Assembly: GCF_001194135.2 (NCBI RefSeq)
Contig: NC_068984.1
Span: 100,288,451-100,352,450, forward strand
DNA: 64,000 nt
Source of the DNA: Octopus bimaculoides
Taxonomy: Eukaryota
Reading direction: 5' to 3'
Shown here one piece after another: positions 39,122 through 53,087 of this stretch (its first letter is position 1; each line of letters begins with the position of its first letter). The notes beneath the pieces were generated by a model. The model made no database searches, had not been told where the DNA came from, and saw only the letters and a list, made by a program, of their open reading frames with translations. Position numbers and translations under genes: made by a program.

Positions 39122-40019
39122 CTAAAAATAAAATGTGAGGAAATGATTTGCAAAATTGGTATTAATCAATTCTTCTTGGATGTTCCAAAGCAACGGTTAG
39201 GAGAACTAAACTGTCTGAGAAAATTTCTATCAAAGGAAAAATTATATGAATATGTCTGCCAATACAGTTCCAGAATTTCAGTAAGTGAGAAAATAAGTCA
39301 GTGGAACATTTAAGCATAGTTAGAGAAAATATGAAAGATGAAATGATTTGTTGGGTAGATTTATATATTTAGTTATTTTGGAAGAATTTAATAAAGATTA
39401 GCAGGATATTTGCCGAAAATTAAGTAAAATTTTCTCTGAGATAGAATCGATAGATCCTACTTTATAATTGCACTACCCCACCACTATTTACCGACTAACA
39501 AAATAGGAAAAGTAAGAAAATTTTAGCAAGTCAAACTGTTTTTTTTTATTTCTTTGGTTATGAATTTATTTCTTAGATTATAAATAAATTTAATTTTAAA
39601 ACAATCGAGTTTGTATTTAGAAAGGAATTTTACACAAACAAAAAGACACATCCCCACACATAAACATCTCAAAGACGTGCATACACAAGTTTATCACAAA
39701 AGCACAATTACACAGATGCATGCACATATCTCTCACACATACACACACAAACACAAAAAAAAAAAAAAATCAAATTGATTAGCAACAGATTCATTTAGCA
39801 GATCAGAGATAAGTCTCCCACAGAATAGGGCACCAATGTATCACTGATAGTATTCCCAGGTGATTTGGTTACCTATTCCAAAATGCTAGGTGAACTTGAT
39901 AACAGAATTAAGTGTACTGCCATAATACATAGCAAAATTCTTGCAATGGAGTTGAACTCAATATGAGTAAATAGACCAGTATCCTATCCACACAGCCAAT
40001 GTGTTTCTGCTATGTTTAC

Positions 40020-40420
40020 ATATTTGGATGGGTCGATCATAGAGAATTGTATCATGCATCTCACTCAACAATCACCTCATCTATGATGACCTAACAGGTT
40101 TTGGTTCAAACTAAATGCTGTTTCTTTAGTCTTCATCCAGCTCTGCTTCATGGAACTATCCTTCACCATTTCAAGTGCATTTATACTCACCACATACCAT
40201 CTGTGTACATCACATGTCCATACCAGCATAGTGACATTGTCTTCTGTACATGACTGATTTTCCATGGTTGCCTAGCCACTTCCTCAATCCACTTGTACAA
40301 TACAGACTTTCATTGTAAATCAACACAGGGAATCCAACAGGTAAGCCAGTGCAGATCCTCTGCACTTGCCATACCCCAAGTTTCATACTCAGAGCAACAG
40401 CATGCTTCTTATACATACCT
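40020..40420 (-). mobile_element. Decayed RTE LINE 3' fragment
   Basis: Reverse complement resembles the RTE region encoding ...LCWYGHVM... (cacatgtccataccagcatag) and the upstream LYGSET-like region. Confidence 0.6.
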
Positions 40421-41099
40421 ACCTTATATACACTGCAGTTTTGTAGAGAGAGACAGAGAGATAGAGAGATAGATAGAGAGAGAGAGAGTGAACCAATCTC
40501 TTCTATGGCCAACAGATGCTAGTGGGCTCCTCTCGAATTTATCCACTCCTGTCCCTGCCTTTACCCTAGCCTCAGTGCATCTACTGAAAGCATTTCCAGC
40601 ATTTTTAATCCCATTTGATGTTTCTTTTAGCTCACTGTCATTTAACTCTTCAGTCCATGCCGTAACACCTAATGGAACCATACAGAATTTCTTATTCACC
40701 AGTCACCGCAGACAATCTCACCATAATGGCCAACACACTCAAAGGAGGACAAAAAAGATCAAATTTATTCCTTCTATTAAATGTTGGGAAATAATTTTAT
40801 ATTTAAATGTAAATGGTCAAGAAGCATTTAATGCATGGAAGGAATAAACTAAAATAGAGTAGTAAAGAAAAACAAGAGGAAAGATCTTTTTACTTTTCTG
40901 ATTCTTCTTTCTTCTGCTCGTCGCTTTTTTAATCTTTGTCTATCTCTCTCAAAATCTTCAACCATTTCAATGCAAGGTAGCAGATTTTCTCGTGGTTCCC
41001 ATGTGTCATTTGATGATGGATAACCAACCCAACGGACTTTATAACGCTCTTTTCCCTAGAAGAAAGAGAAATAATAATAATAATAATAATAATAACAAC

Positions 41100-41455
41100 A
41101 ACAACAACATGCTTGTTAATTGATATGACAGTGCCTACTGATAGAAACAACTCAGCAAAGGAATTTGAAAAACTGTTGAAATATAAGGACCTTGAGATTG
41201 AGATATCTAAGACATGGCAATTAAAAACTAAAACCATCCCTGTTGTTGTAGGTGCCTGGGAATGATCAAGAAAGGTACCAAAACATTTTTTTTGACCAGA
41301 TCCCTGGGAAACCAACAATCCATGAGACTTAAAAAGCTGTGTTGACAACAACCACCCACATTCTCAGGAAGTTACTCTCCATCTAATATACATGTGCCTT
41401 AGGTCTCAGGTTGAGACCTGGCTGGAAGATGAAATAAAATGCAAATCAATTGGAA

Positions 41456-41510
<55 letters not shown>
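41100..41510 (+). mobile_element. 3' end of an R2-superfamily (R4/Dong/HERO-like) retrotransposon with a restriction-like endonuclease domain
   Basis: TTCLLIDMTVPTDRNNSAKEFEKLLKYKDLEIEISKTWQLKTKTIPVVVGA(LG, frameshift)MIKKGT is a typical REL C-terminus. It is followed by a short 3'UTR and (AAT)n. Confidence 0.82.
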
Positions 41511-41511
<1 letters not shown>

Positions 41512-41520
41512 TGATGATGA
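41459..41520. repeat. (AAT)n-(GAT)n microsatellite (retrotransposon tail)
   Basis: Directly visible, immediately 3' of the REL element. Confidence 0.95.
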
Positions 41521-41860
41521 TTTATCATAACCTTAGATTTTTTTTCAAATTTAGATACTCTTGATCTTGTATTCTTTTACTACAGTGAGTTAGCACTGCG
41601 CTCTAAGTTCAAATCGCATCAAGGTAAGCATTGTCTTCCATTCTTTCAGTACCAGTCATGTGCTGGAGTCAGTTGTTCTCTTTCTCTCATTATTTTTTTC
41701 TTTCTGTCTCTCTTTCTTAAAGAAATCAGCTACAATCAGACCTGGAGAGAGATGGACTCCACTAGGTCTTAAAAAGTGCCTATGACAGGCCAAATGTCAT
41801 GACAATGACCCAACAACTACATCAGAGTGTAGAGGCTCAAGGCAAGGTGTGTGTGTGTGT

Positions 41861-41906
<46 letters not shown>

Positions 41907-42902
41907 GTAAAGACATACATTCTACAAAACATGTCTTTACTAGTTCAAAAATGGCATAAACCTACCCTAAATTGTTCAAGGAAATATTTGAAGTAAATTA
42001 AAAGAATTTAGAGCTACATCTATTGTGTATGTGTTAGAAATGGAAGAGATTTGAAAAACCAAAATTATTCCATACAAAAGAGATACAGGCAAATACCTTT
42101 GTAAATTTAGGACAAAACATATATGTATAAAATAACATCAAAATGAAATGACAGTGATGACATCATCAGTATTAACCAAAGACAAGAACATACCACATAT
42201 CAACCTTGTTTCATTGTTATGTCACTCACTTCAAAGCGAACTCAATTTTTTTTTTCAATGCAGTGATGTCAAACAGCTTGTTATATACAGACATACACAC
42301 ATTCTCTTCCCCACCCCCACCCCTACCTCTAAGAAACTGACTCCATTCAGTTATACAATCAATTCTATGCAGCAATATCATTTTATGTCTGCTTTCATGC
42401 CAGCATGGTTTTGACAGAGTTTTACAGTCAGATTCAGGCTCTTATTTGGAGTTGTTAACTTCTTGTTCCCTCATTCAATCCATTTTTCACATATGCCAAC
42501 CATTTCAACATTTTACTGTGGTACCAGCATTAGATTACAGAGGTTGTCATGTCTACACACACACACACACACACACACACAGCAGCAGGGTTAAAAAAGT
42601 CTGTTCAGCAAGCATGTACTTCTAGATCAGTCTTGCTGTATAGCACCTTAGGCAAGTATCTTCTGCCATAGCCTTAGGTTAATCTTATGAGCTGAATTTC
42701 ATAGACAGAAATTGTGAAGAGCCTGTTGTATGGGGGTGTGTTTGTTGTGTCCCTCTACGTCTCTTAGTAGTTCAACAAATCAAGATCAATAAAATAAGTA
42801 TCAGACTGGCACTGGGGTCAATATGATGAGTTAAGTCCTTGAAGGCCAGCATGGCTAAAATTCAAAGCACTAAAAGAGAAAATGCAAAACATACACACTG
42901 AC

Positions 42903-42961
<59 letters not shown>

Positions 42962-42977
42962 CATACACACACATATA

Positions 42978-43588
42978 TGAGGGGGAAGTCAAAAATTATC
43001 CACACTTTCACCATAACATATCTTAATTATTGTCACACTACCTTCTGCGCATGCGTGCTCATAGATGGTACTATTGTGGTCAAGTGATCGAAGTTTAAGC
43101 TTGGACATGCCAAAGAAGAATAAAGAGCAATGTTCCAAGAGATGGTAATGGTGAACCAATTCACTATTACAATCTCATAAGCTTGCAGAATCTTCTCGTC
43201 AGTGGTGGAGGGTGATGGGCATTCTGCTCCCTCTCCATGCGTCATGTTTGTCCGACCACTTTTAAACTTTTTGATCCCCTCATAAACACTTCTACACAGT
43301 AGTGCACTGTCCCCATATTGTGCTAAAAGCCTCTGATGAATTTCAGCACCTAACACACCTTCCGACCAGAGAAATCAGATCACTGATCTTTGCTCTTCTT
43401 TGGTGCACATTGCTAGTGGAGTAGCCATGTTTACACTGTAAAGCAAGAAAGAAAAATGATGCAATCAGAATCAAACTTTGATCATGTGACCAGAACAGTA
43501 CCAACTATAAGCACGCATGCGCAGACAGCAGTGTGACAATAATAAAGATATGTTATGGCGGAAGTGGATAACTTTTGACTTCCCCTTA
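42978..43588 (-). mobile_element. Internally deleted mariner-family DNA transposon (611 bp) with about 116-119 bp TIRs; keeps the transposase N-terminal HTH region
   Basis: TA flanks, TIRs at 42978-43096 and 43473-43588, and from ATG 43428: MATPLAMCTKEEQRSVI*FLWSEGVLGAEIHQRLLAQYGDSALLCRSVYEGIKKFKSGRTN.... The catalytic domain is absent. Confidence 0.93.
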
Positions 43589-43830
43589 TATATGTGTGTA
43601 TATAAATATTCATATGCATATACACACACGCATATATATAGAGAGAAACACACACACATATATATATATTAATACACAACATAAATACACACATGTAATA
43701 CAAAAATCGCATTTCAAAGGGAACAAAAGTGACTTTTAGATTTGTACCCCCAAATAAGAAAATATACAAACATCTATACTCTTTGTTCAATGTTAGATTA
43801 GGTCTACAAAAATGAAAAAAAAAAAGTGTT

Positions 43831-43870
<40 letters not shown>

Positions 43871-46800
43871 CACACACACACACACACACACAAATGTAGG
43901 TTATCCGCAATAAACATACATGCACATATATGCTTAAACATATGATTAGGGTCTCACATATGTAACACAATGAATTTTAAAACTTAGAGCAACTGAGATT
44001 ATTTATGCAATTATTTGACAAAAACTCAGAAACTTTAAGGTTGTATAAAATCTAGAATTAACAAGCAAGGAAGACAACTCCAATACAATCTTCTTTATGA
44101 AATTTTTGGACTATATAAACAATGTAGATGAGTATGGATCTAGTCTTTAAAGTCAATTGAAGGCAACAGGTATGTTTCAATTTTATTAAATCTTTTCAGT
44201 AAAGTATATTCTACAAAATTAACATGAGTAGGAAGTGATCAATGTATAGAGCAATTGAGGAGGAATATAGTGGTGCTGATTATCATTATCAACAATATGG
44301 CAGAGGGGAAAATACCTCAGGAGGAGATATTTTGTACTAAATATACATTAAGTACAGTCTTACATACACATGTCAACACTGACTGCAACCACATACACAC
44401 TCATACACTACAACTACTCACATTTTCATAGACTACCACACAATGACACAAACATTCACAACCAGATTATATGCATAATACAAATACATGTAGCAAATGC
44501 CCCATGATTTTATATTCCTGGTAGGAATATTCTGTTAGTTTCTGTTCCTGTCAACAGATCAACTGGTGCCAATAAGCAAGGCTTTATCATTTTCTTTAAC
44601 AGTCTACTGATGGGGCTTGCTTCAGTAACAGCCAATCTTATATCATCACTTCCTGGACCCATCACTGGCGAGGCCACTTTATTAATAACAGCATCTACTT
44701 TGCTGACAACATTAAGAAGCAACCGCAGTCTCCATTATGTTTCAGGTTTATCACCTAGTGCATCATTTCATTTGCTCAGATGAACAGACACCAAAAGAAA
44801 CCTACACCATCAACATTTTTCCATACAATACAATGTTTTTATAGCCAACAGTTTCTACCAATGAGATCAGTGCATACATAGACTTTCCCTACATTGTGCA
44901 GGAACACTCTAAACATACACAAATGTATTTGAACAAAATGTGTATGTATCAATACAGAACACCATCTGTAATCTGTAACATCCATCTTTTTCAGTTATAA
45001 CTTGTAACATGCATTTTTCTGTGTATTTATTTCAGTTAAAAATGAAGCCTCATATCATATGTACATTTTATAGTGATTGATGTAGCTTGTCACCACTGAA
45101 TTGGTCAGTAGAGAATATAGAGGAAGCCATTTTAAATGTTATTACATCTGTTTGTTTTTTGATGAATTTACATTTTTGTACAAAACTATAAACTACAAAA
45201 CAGACCACACACATATACAGAAATACAGATCATATATGCATCTATGCAAATATAAACCCCACACATATACAAACACAGACCACACACATACCTACGAATA
45301 TAAACTACTCAAATACAAAGACCACACTCACACACAGTTGTATACCAGAGTAAAATGAAGAGAATACTGTAACAATATTAGAAAGACAAGGGGAAAGAGA
45401 ATGGTGTGTGGGTGTGTAGAGCAGATATATTAATATATCACATGAAATATAGATTACCAAGTGATATAGAGAGTGCTTGAGGGTACTGGGATGAATCAGA
45501 GTACTAGAATGTTGAGAATGAACTACAAGAAAAACAATGATGGGGAGGACAAAATTGAGGACCAGGATCATCCTAAGAACGGTAATGTTGATGGCAGTAA
45601 GGTTATAATAGTGGTGATGGTAGTTATGATGGTGATAGTGATGACTAATAGAGCTTTAAACAGAAGGAAATAATGAAATAATGTTGGTATAAAAGTATCA
45701 CAGCTTCACTTTGGCATCTGATAATAAATATCTTTACAGAGGACAAGATGATGAATAGTGGGAGTAATACAAAGTGACAATGGAAGAATGTTGTATGAAA
45801 GTAGAATGTGAGAGTAGAGAAAGACAATAGAGGTGAAGTTAGGGTAGATTGTATGTCATGTAATGCAGGATAGCCAGTGCATATTGGCCAAACTGTAGCA
45901 TGGGAACATTGTTGAAGTCTGGATGTTTTGAATATTAAACAACATAGAAACTAAGGTAAATTGTGACGTGAGGAAGAGGAAGAAGATAGTGGTTGTGATA
46001 GTGAAGCAAAGACAATAAGGTATACAGAAACGTTCACAAATACTTAATGTGAACAAACTGCAACAATAATAACCTTTAATTATGAAATGCATCAACAAAA
46101 GCCATTCTTTTTGTTTGTTTGTATAATGGAAGTTTGTTCTAGAATCAATGTATTCATTCAATAAAACAATTTTACTGGCAGTCACATTCTATTATTACCA
46201 GTCCGACATTACATAACCATATGTGGTATAATGAGGACTCTTTCACAACCACTTAAGTTTAATTTAGAAAGTCCCTAACAACAGTTTAGATAGACTTGAT
46301 GTACAATTATAATTTACAGATATATGTAACATGTATCATCATTTTTATGTCTGCTTTTCCACACTAGCAAGACTTATTCAGACAGTATTTGATGGCCAGA
46401 TACCCTTACTGTCACCAACCCTTATTTGCTTTCAAATAAGGTATTTTTATTAGACTGGTCTTCAAAGATTTTATTCAAATGATGTCAATGTAAAGACACA
46501 TGGAAACATGCACACACACAAACATGTGCTGGCCAACAAATAGCAGACTTCCAAAAGTTTATGTGTACCAAATTTCACTCAGAAAGCAATGGTCTTCCCA
46601 AAGCTATAAATTCTCTCTCTCTCTCTCTCTCTCCCTCTCTTAGACTGGTATTCCATTGGTTACAACAACGAGGGTTCTAATTGATCCAATCAATGGAATA
46701 GCCTGCTCGTGAAATTAACAGGCAAGTGGCTGAACACTCCACAGACACATACTCAAGGAGATTTAGCATGACACACAATGTGACAAGGCTGGCCCTTTGA

Positions 46801-49800
46801 ATTACAGATACAATCATTTTTGCTAGCTGAGTGGACTGAAGCAATGTGAAAGAAAATGTCTTGCTCAAGGTCACAATGTACTTGAGCAAGAATCAAACTC
46901 ATGACCTTACGATCATGTGCCAAATACCTTAACCACTATAGCCAGGCAATAATGAAAACACTCATCTAAAGTATTACAGCGAGATGAACACTAGGACAAT
47001 GTGGGGTTGCAAAGGGAACTTCCTAACCAGAAGGGCATGCCAGCATCTAAATATTCTAAGGCAATGGGATATCAGAATGGGTGTATGAAGAAATAAAGCT
47101 TACAGATTATTGAGTGATATTACTGAGGTACTGGGGCAGATGATGATATGGGTGATAGATGGATTGACAAGAGTGGGAACCGTGAATTGGTGAAGGTGGA
47201 AGTGGGGGATTGAATAAACTGACATGTTTGGTGTTATAGTGGACAAAATTAGGTCTGTCTCTCAACAATCTAAGTTAAAATCCTGTCAAAGTCAACTTTG
47301 TCGGTCATGCTTCCAAGGTGGATAAAATATAGTAGCAGTGAACTATACCCTTCCCAAAAATTTGTGGCCTTCTGCCAATGCGAGACATTATTGTCATTAT
47401 GACATAACTGAAAACTGGGTCATTAAATCCTTTATATGCTACATTCATGATAAAATTTGTTGACCCTAACTCAGGCAGCAAATTTCTCATTCCTTTTTAC
47501 AGTGAAAAAAAAACTCTTTCTGGACTTTAGACTAACATCAGATAGGACCTTATCCATCATTAGGGTAGCTAATACATCACTGTCACCATGGCAACACTAC
47601 ATCTTAACATGAGAAGGAAATATTCCCATGGAATACTTGGTGGGAAAATAAGCCCATCCTCAAAACAAAAAAAAAAAAAGAGTCATCATGAACTAGTTTA
47701 TTAATTAGAAAGAGTAGTGTTAATTAATAAGTTTTATCAACTGGAGATTAATAGAGGGCTACTCACTGTATAGTGAGGTGGAGACTGGCTGACAGAGCTA
47801 GTGTAACAAGCTCACCATCACCACCACCTCTTGACTATTACTGATAACATAGTTATGTTAGAAACATGATACTGCTGCTGTTGAGACAAAGGCCAGCCAG
47901 ACTGACAGAATGCCAAACAGGAAGTGCTAGACAGATAAAGTAAAAACTGAGAGTGAAGCTTGGAAAACATGGTTCTGGAAAAAGAAAAAGTGCAAATCTG
48001 ACAAATTCTTTTACAGTTAGTAACTTCCTGAAAGATTTTGTTTAACATTGAAAATTTTACACACCAACCACAGCCATCATCACAACCACTAGTGGAATCA
48101 TAAACATCACTGTCATCATCACAAGTATTATTGTCATCAATCGTCATCGTCAGTTTTACCACCATCATCATCGGCATTATATCCTATTCCCTATCACCAT
48201 AGCTTCCCACAGACAGATGGCTAACCTTTTGAACCTATTACCAACAGCAACCTCTGTTTCAAATATTGTAACCTTCAATCACTCTCCTGCCTACACCACA
48301 AAGGCAATCATCCACTATCCTGCCTTCTAAATGATGAAATAACACAAAACAAGAGGAAGGCACATCCCTTGGTAAAGAAACATCAACAACCTGCCTTGAT
48401 CCCAACCTCCCTTTCTCTCTATGTGCATACATAGGGTACTTGGAAAGTCACAATGCAGTTCATCATCAGTATCAGTTTTATATCTACTTTCCCTGTCGGC
48501 ACAAATTAGATGGGTCATCATGGTCTAAGTTGTCATATAATGGGAGCTGCTGCTTCCATAGATGTGTCATTTGATCTGGTTTCCACAACTGGATGTTTCT
48601 CTTATCACCATCCACTTCACACAGTGTAGTGGGTGTGTTTTTCATGGAACCAATACTAATGAGCTTGAGTGAAGGGACCTAAAAAGTATATGCATTCTCT
48701 TCCCAGTCTATCAACCCTTCTGCAGGGTATACTTGAAGCAACACTAGAAAGTGATTGTCTCACTCACTCATCACTTTGAGGAAGTGCAAGTTGTCAGCTA
48801 ACACCAGCATAGGAAAGCTTAAGGTTAGAGGCAAGGTGGTGTTTTGTACACAAGATGATGTGACAATATTCGGAGCTCAGGCATGTAGACCACAGGGTGG
48901 TAATAGTGAGAAGCCATACCAGCTGTGAGACAAGAAGTGGGTGAGAGGAGCAAATAAGTATCAAGAGTACACAATAACCAAGGGTGAGTATATTTGCTCA
49001 GGTGACCAAGGAGAGTATTCAGAAAACGAGTGGGTGGCTGGGTGGATGAAAGAAAGGAACAAGGTTATTTAGAACAGCAGAAGTAGCCAAAGGTGAAGAT
49101 AGATGATGGATTCAGATAAAGATTAGGTATGCCTATACTTTAAAATATGCCTTTAAAGATAGACCCAATCCACTACCCAGTTTAGCACTATCACCTGCCT
49201 GACTCATGGATACTTTATAGTAATTTCTATTCTATTGAAAGAATTTGGATGAGATCTCAGTCTCTGAGATTCATCCCTTCCTGTTAACAGTCTCGGAATC
49301 CCTAAAAAAAGAGTCATGAGTATTGTCATCACTCTCCTCATTGAAGCCTTAAAAATAAAACATGTAAATATATATGTGGGTACAAGAGAGAGTTCATATA
49401 TTTATGAATGTGTATGCATGTAGATATGTATATACAACATGCATCTATTCCTAACATGTGATCCAACTAACTACAAGAAGATGTGAGAGACTCAAGTATG
49501 TGGAATGACTTAGATAACAGACAGGCAATGATGTTCTCAGATTGCATGGTTGTGGGGCAGTCCCAGTCCAAAACAACAATATACACCAGCAAAATGTATC
49601 ATCTTTTTTCCCTGTATTCATGCTCTCAGTTCAAGGTTGACTGTGCCTTTCAACTTTTTGGGGTCAATGAATTAATACCAGTCAAGTACCCAATTCAATA
49701 TAATCAACTAGTCTCCTCTCCAAAATATCAAAATAGAAAGGATTATTATTATTATCATTATTAAAGCAGTGGGCTGGCAGAACCATTAGCATGCTGGGCA

Positions 49801-50606
49801 AAATCTTTAGTAGCATTTCATCCGCCCTTATATTCTGAATTCAAATTCCGTCAAGGTCAACTTTGCCTTTCATCCTTTTGGGGTTGATAAAATAAGTACC
49901 AGCTGAACACTAGGGCCAATATAATCAACTTATCCCTCCCTCAAAATTACTGGCCTTGTGTTAAAATTTGAAACCACCACTACTACTACTACTACTATTA
50001 CTATAATAAAGAGTAGTAAATTGGCAAAAGCACCACAACACATCAGAAACATGCTTATGATGTTTCCCCTGACCCTTTCCATTTTGAATTCAAATCCTCT
50101 CAAGGTCATTCTTGCTTTACATTCTTTCAGGGTTAATGAAATATAGTATTAAAAATTCTTTTTTTTTAATTGTAGCCTTGCATCTACTGACAGATTAAGG
50201 CTTCACATTCTATCAGCACCAGAATATTAGTTCTTAGGGAACTTGAGACAATGTAGAATAAGTATCTTGTCCAAAAATAAAATTCCTGCAATGGATTTGA
50301 ACTCCTGATAATCCATGATGTAAGTAGTTCAGTGACTTATCCACTTAGCCATCATACACTTTGCACGAAATTTTATATCATCATCTAATATCCACTGTTC
50401 CATGCTTGCATGAGTCATGAGGTAGATTTCCTGCAGCCAGATGCCCTGCCTCATGTCAACCTTTACCGGTTTCCAAAATAATATTTCTCCATGGCCAGGC
50501 ATGTTTTTAACAGAAGACTAGAAACAAACAACCTTGCTTATATGATGCTCATTTATTACCATCATGTGATGTCTATAAGATTACACACACACACACACAT
50601 TCAGAT

Positions 50607-50648
<42 letters not shown>

Positions 50649-50850
50649 TACTCTTTTACTTGTTTCAGTCAATTGACTGCAGCCATGCTGGAGCACCACC
50701 TTTAGTCAAGCAAATCGACCCCAGGACTTATTCTTTGTAAGCCTAGTACTTATTCTATCAGTCTCTTTTGCCGAACTGCTAAGTTACGGGGACGTAAACA
50801 CACAGGCATCAGTTCTCAAGCGATGCTGGGGGGACAAACACAGACACACA

Positions 50851-50938
<88 letters not shown>

Positions 50939-51101
50939 CGATGGGCTTCCTTCAGTTTCTGTCTACCAAATCCACTCACAAGGCTTTGGTAGGCCCGAGA
51001 CTATAGTAGAAGACACTTGCCCAAGGTGCCACGCAGTGGGACTGAACCCAGAACCATGTAGTTGGTAAGCAAGCTACTTACCACACAGCCACTCCTTCAC
51101 C
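50649..51101 (-). mobile_element. SINE family A, full length with an expanded internal (TA)n; a second head fragment follows at about 51130-51285
   Basis: Full reverse-complement match to the plus-strand copy at 53088-53468. Confidence 0.92.
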
Positions 51102-51511
51102 TATATATATGCACAAATACACACACATATACAACAGGCTTCTTTCAGTTTCCATCAACCAAATCTACTCACAAGGCCTTGGCTTGTCTGGGACTATAAT
51201 AGAAGTTGCCCAAGGTGACATGCAGTGAGACTGAACCCAAAACCACATGATTAGGGAGTAAACTTCTTAACCACACAACCACATCATATGTGTGTGTGTG
51301 TGCATGTGTGTTTGTTAGTTGGTCTATGTGGAAGGAGGTATAAAAGTGGTAGGAAATAAGTGCATATGTGTAAATGGGTAGAGAAAAGGATGGGTTAACA
51401 CAAGAGAAACAGAGGTGGAGAGAGAGAGAGAAGGAAAGAGTACGAAAAGACAGAAGTGTCAGAAAGAGTATAGAAATATATGAGAGAGAGAGAGGCGACA
51501 GTAGAATATAA

Positions 51512-51550
<39 letters not shown>

Positions 51551-52455
51551 AGTGTGGAAGTGTGGAGAAGTATGTGTCAGTGATTCATTATTTATGTCAA
51601 GGAGATGGTAGGGCAGGGCATGTTGCTGATCTGATATGCCAGCTGGTTTGATTGGGGTTGAAAAAATCTCGAACTTAAATATCTCCACAGGGAAACATGA
51701 ATTCTGGCAGATTTTTACTGAGAAAGACTGGGAAAACAGAAAGAATAGATTCTCTCTAAAACACATCTAATTTTCACAGGGTAATATATTTTGGAAGGTT
51801 TTCTTTTGTTTTTCGAGAAAATAGTGACCAAGTGAAAGGCTTCTGAGTGGTCACGTAACCAGCTACAAACAGCAGCAAAATATCCTTCAAATCATACCTT
51901 ACTGACACTCTGTCAGAACAATGAATGTTATAGTTGGTCCAATCAATGGAACAGCCTACTCAGGAAATCAATAGGTGAATGCACTCCATAAATATGTGTA
52001 ACCTTAAAATAGTTCTCAGGGGAGATTCAGCATGACACAATGTGACAAGCTGGCTCTTTGAAATAGAGGTCCAACTCCATTTTGCCAGCTGAGTGAACTG
52101 GAGCAACATGAAATAAAGTTTCTTATTCAAAGAAACAATATGCCACCAGGCATTGAACACATGACCCTAACCACTAAGCCACAAGAACATTAACATTGTC
52201 TTAGATTCCTCTAAAAAAAGCAAGAATGTCTGATTATAGATCTGATCAATCAAAGTTGACCTGAGGTTAAATAATAACAACAAAAAATTGGGTGGGGAAA
52301 GAACAGACCTCCTGCCAAATACTTATGTTAGCAAGTTAAGTAAATGATTGGCTTAAGAAACAGGTTTGAACCCGAATATCACCAGAGGGAAACAAGAATT
52401 CTGACAGGTTTTCACTGACAAAGACAGAAAGAAGTTAAAAAGAAAATTCCCTTAC

Positions 52456-52757
52456 AAAACACATCTTTGTTAGTGACCTGTGTAAATAGCATGATCTACG
52501 AAGCCATTGAGAGTACAGGTACATAAGCTGAAGAACATCTATGAGTTCATTCAATTCCTCTGCTTTTCTAGATATAACCATCCCATCTCTCTGATGTGGC
52601 CACTTGTCTAATCCTAGATTCTTGCATGTGGCTCCTGATTTCAAAGACAACAAGTGGGAGATAATGTAGTGAAGGGTAGATTGTGGCTGGGAAAATAGGG
52701 TGGTTATGACTAAGACATCTTTAATCAAGAGGCTGCTGCACCAAAGCTGATTTGGGT
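52456..52757 (-). CDS. Candidate exon (302 nt, phase 1-0): PNQLWCSSLLIKDVLV...SRKAEELNELIDVLQLMYLYSQWLRRSCYLHRSLTKMCF; relation to the main gene unknown
   Basis: Stop-free 100-codon span between atatttgcttttactcag| and TTT|gtaagg. About one ORF of this length could arise by chance in 64 kb. Confidence 0.3.
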
Positions 52758-53087
52758 CTGAGTAAAAGCAAATATAGAACATACACAATTGAAACATTAC
52801 ATACAAGACCACTAACTATACTAAGTTTTCTGACAATTTTTAACAGATACAAGATCAAACATTGTGGGTAAGGAAAACTAGTCAATAATGTCAATCTCTA
52901 ATGATGATTATAGCTACAAATAGGTCAAGATTAGGTGTTGATGATAATGACAATGATTATTGGCAGATTTATCACAATGCGGCTTCTCTGTCAATCACTT
53001 GCCAGCATTGAGAAAGAGAAATATTAAAATGGAGAGGGACAATGTTGAGAGGATGTGAAGGATTTTTTTAAACCATTTTTTACCATT

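Noticed and set aside
47818-48177. 119-aa minus-strand ORF with a tttcag acceptor at about 48028
   Set aside because: The ORF start is degenerate GAT repeat, and the only strong donor lies after an in-frame stop.
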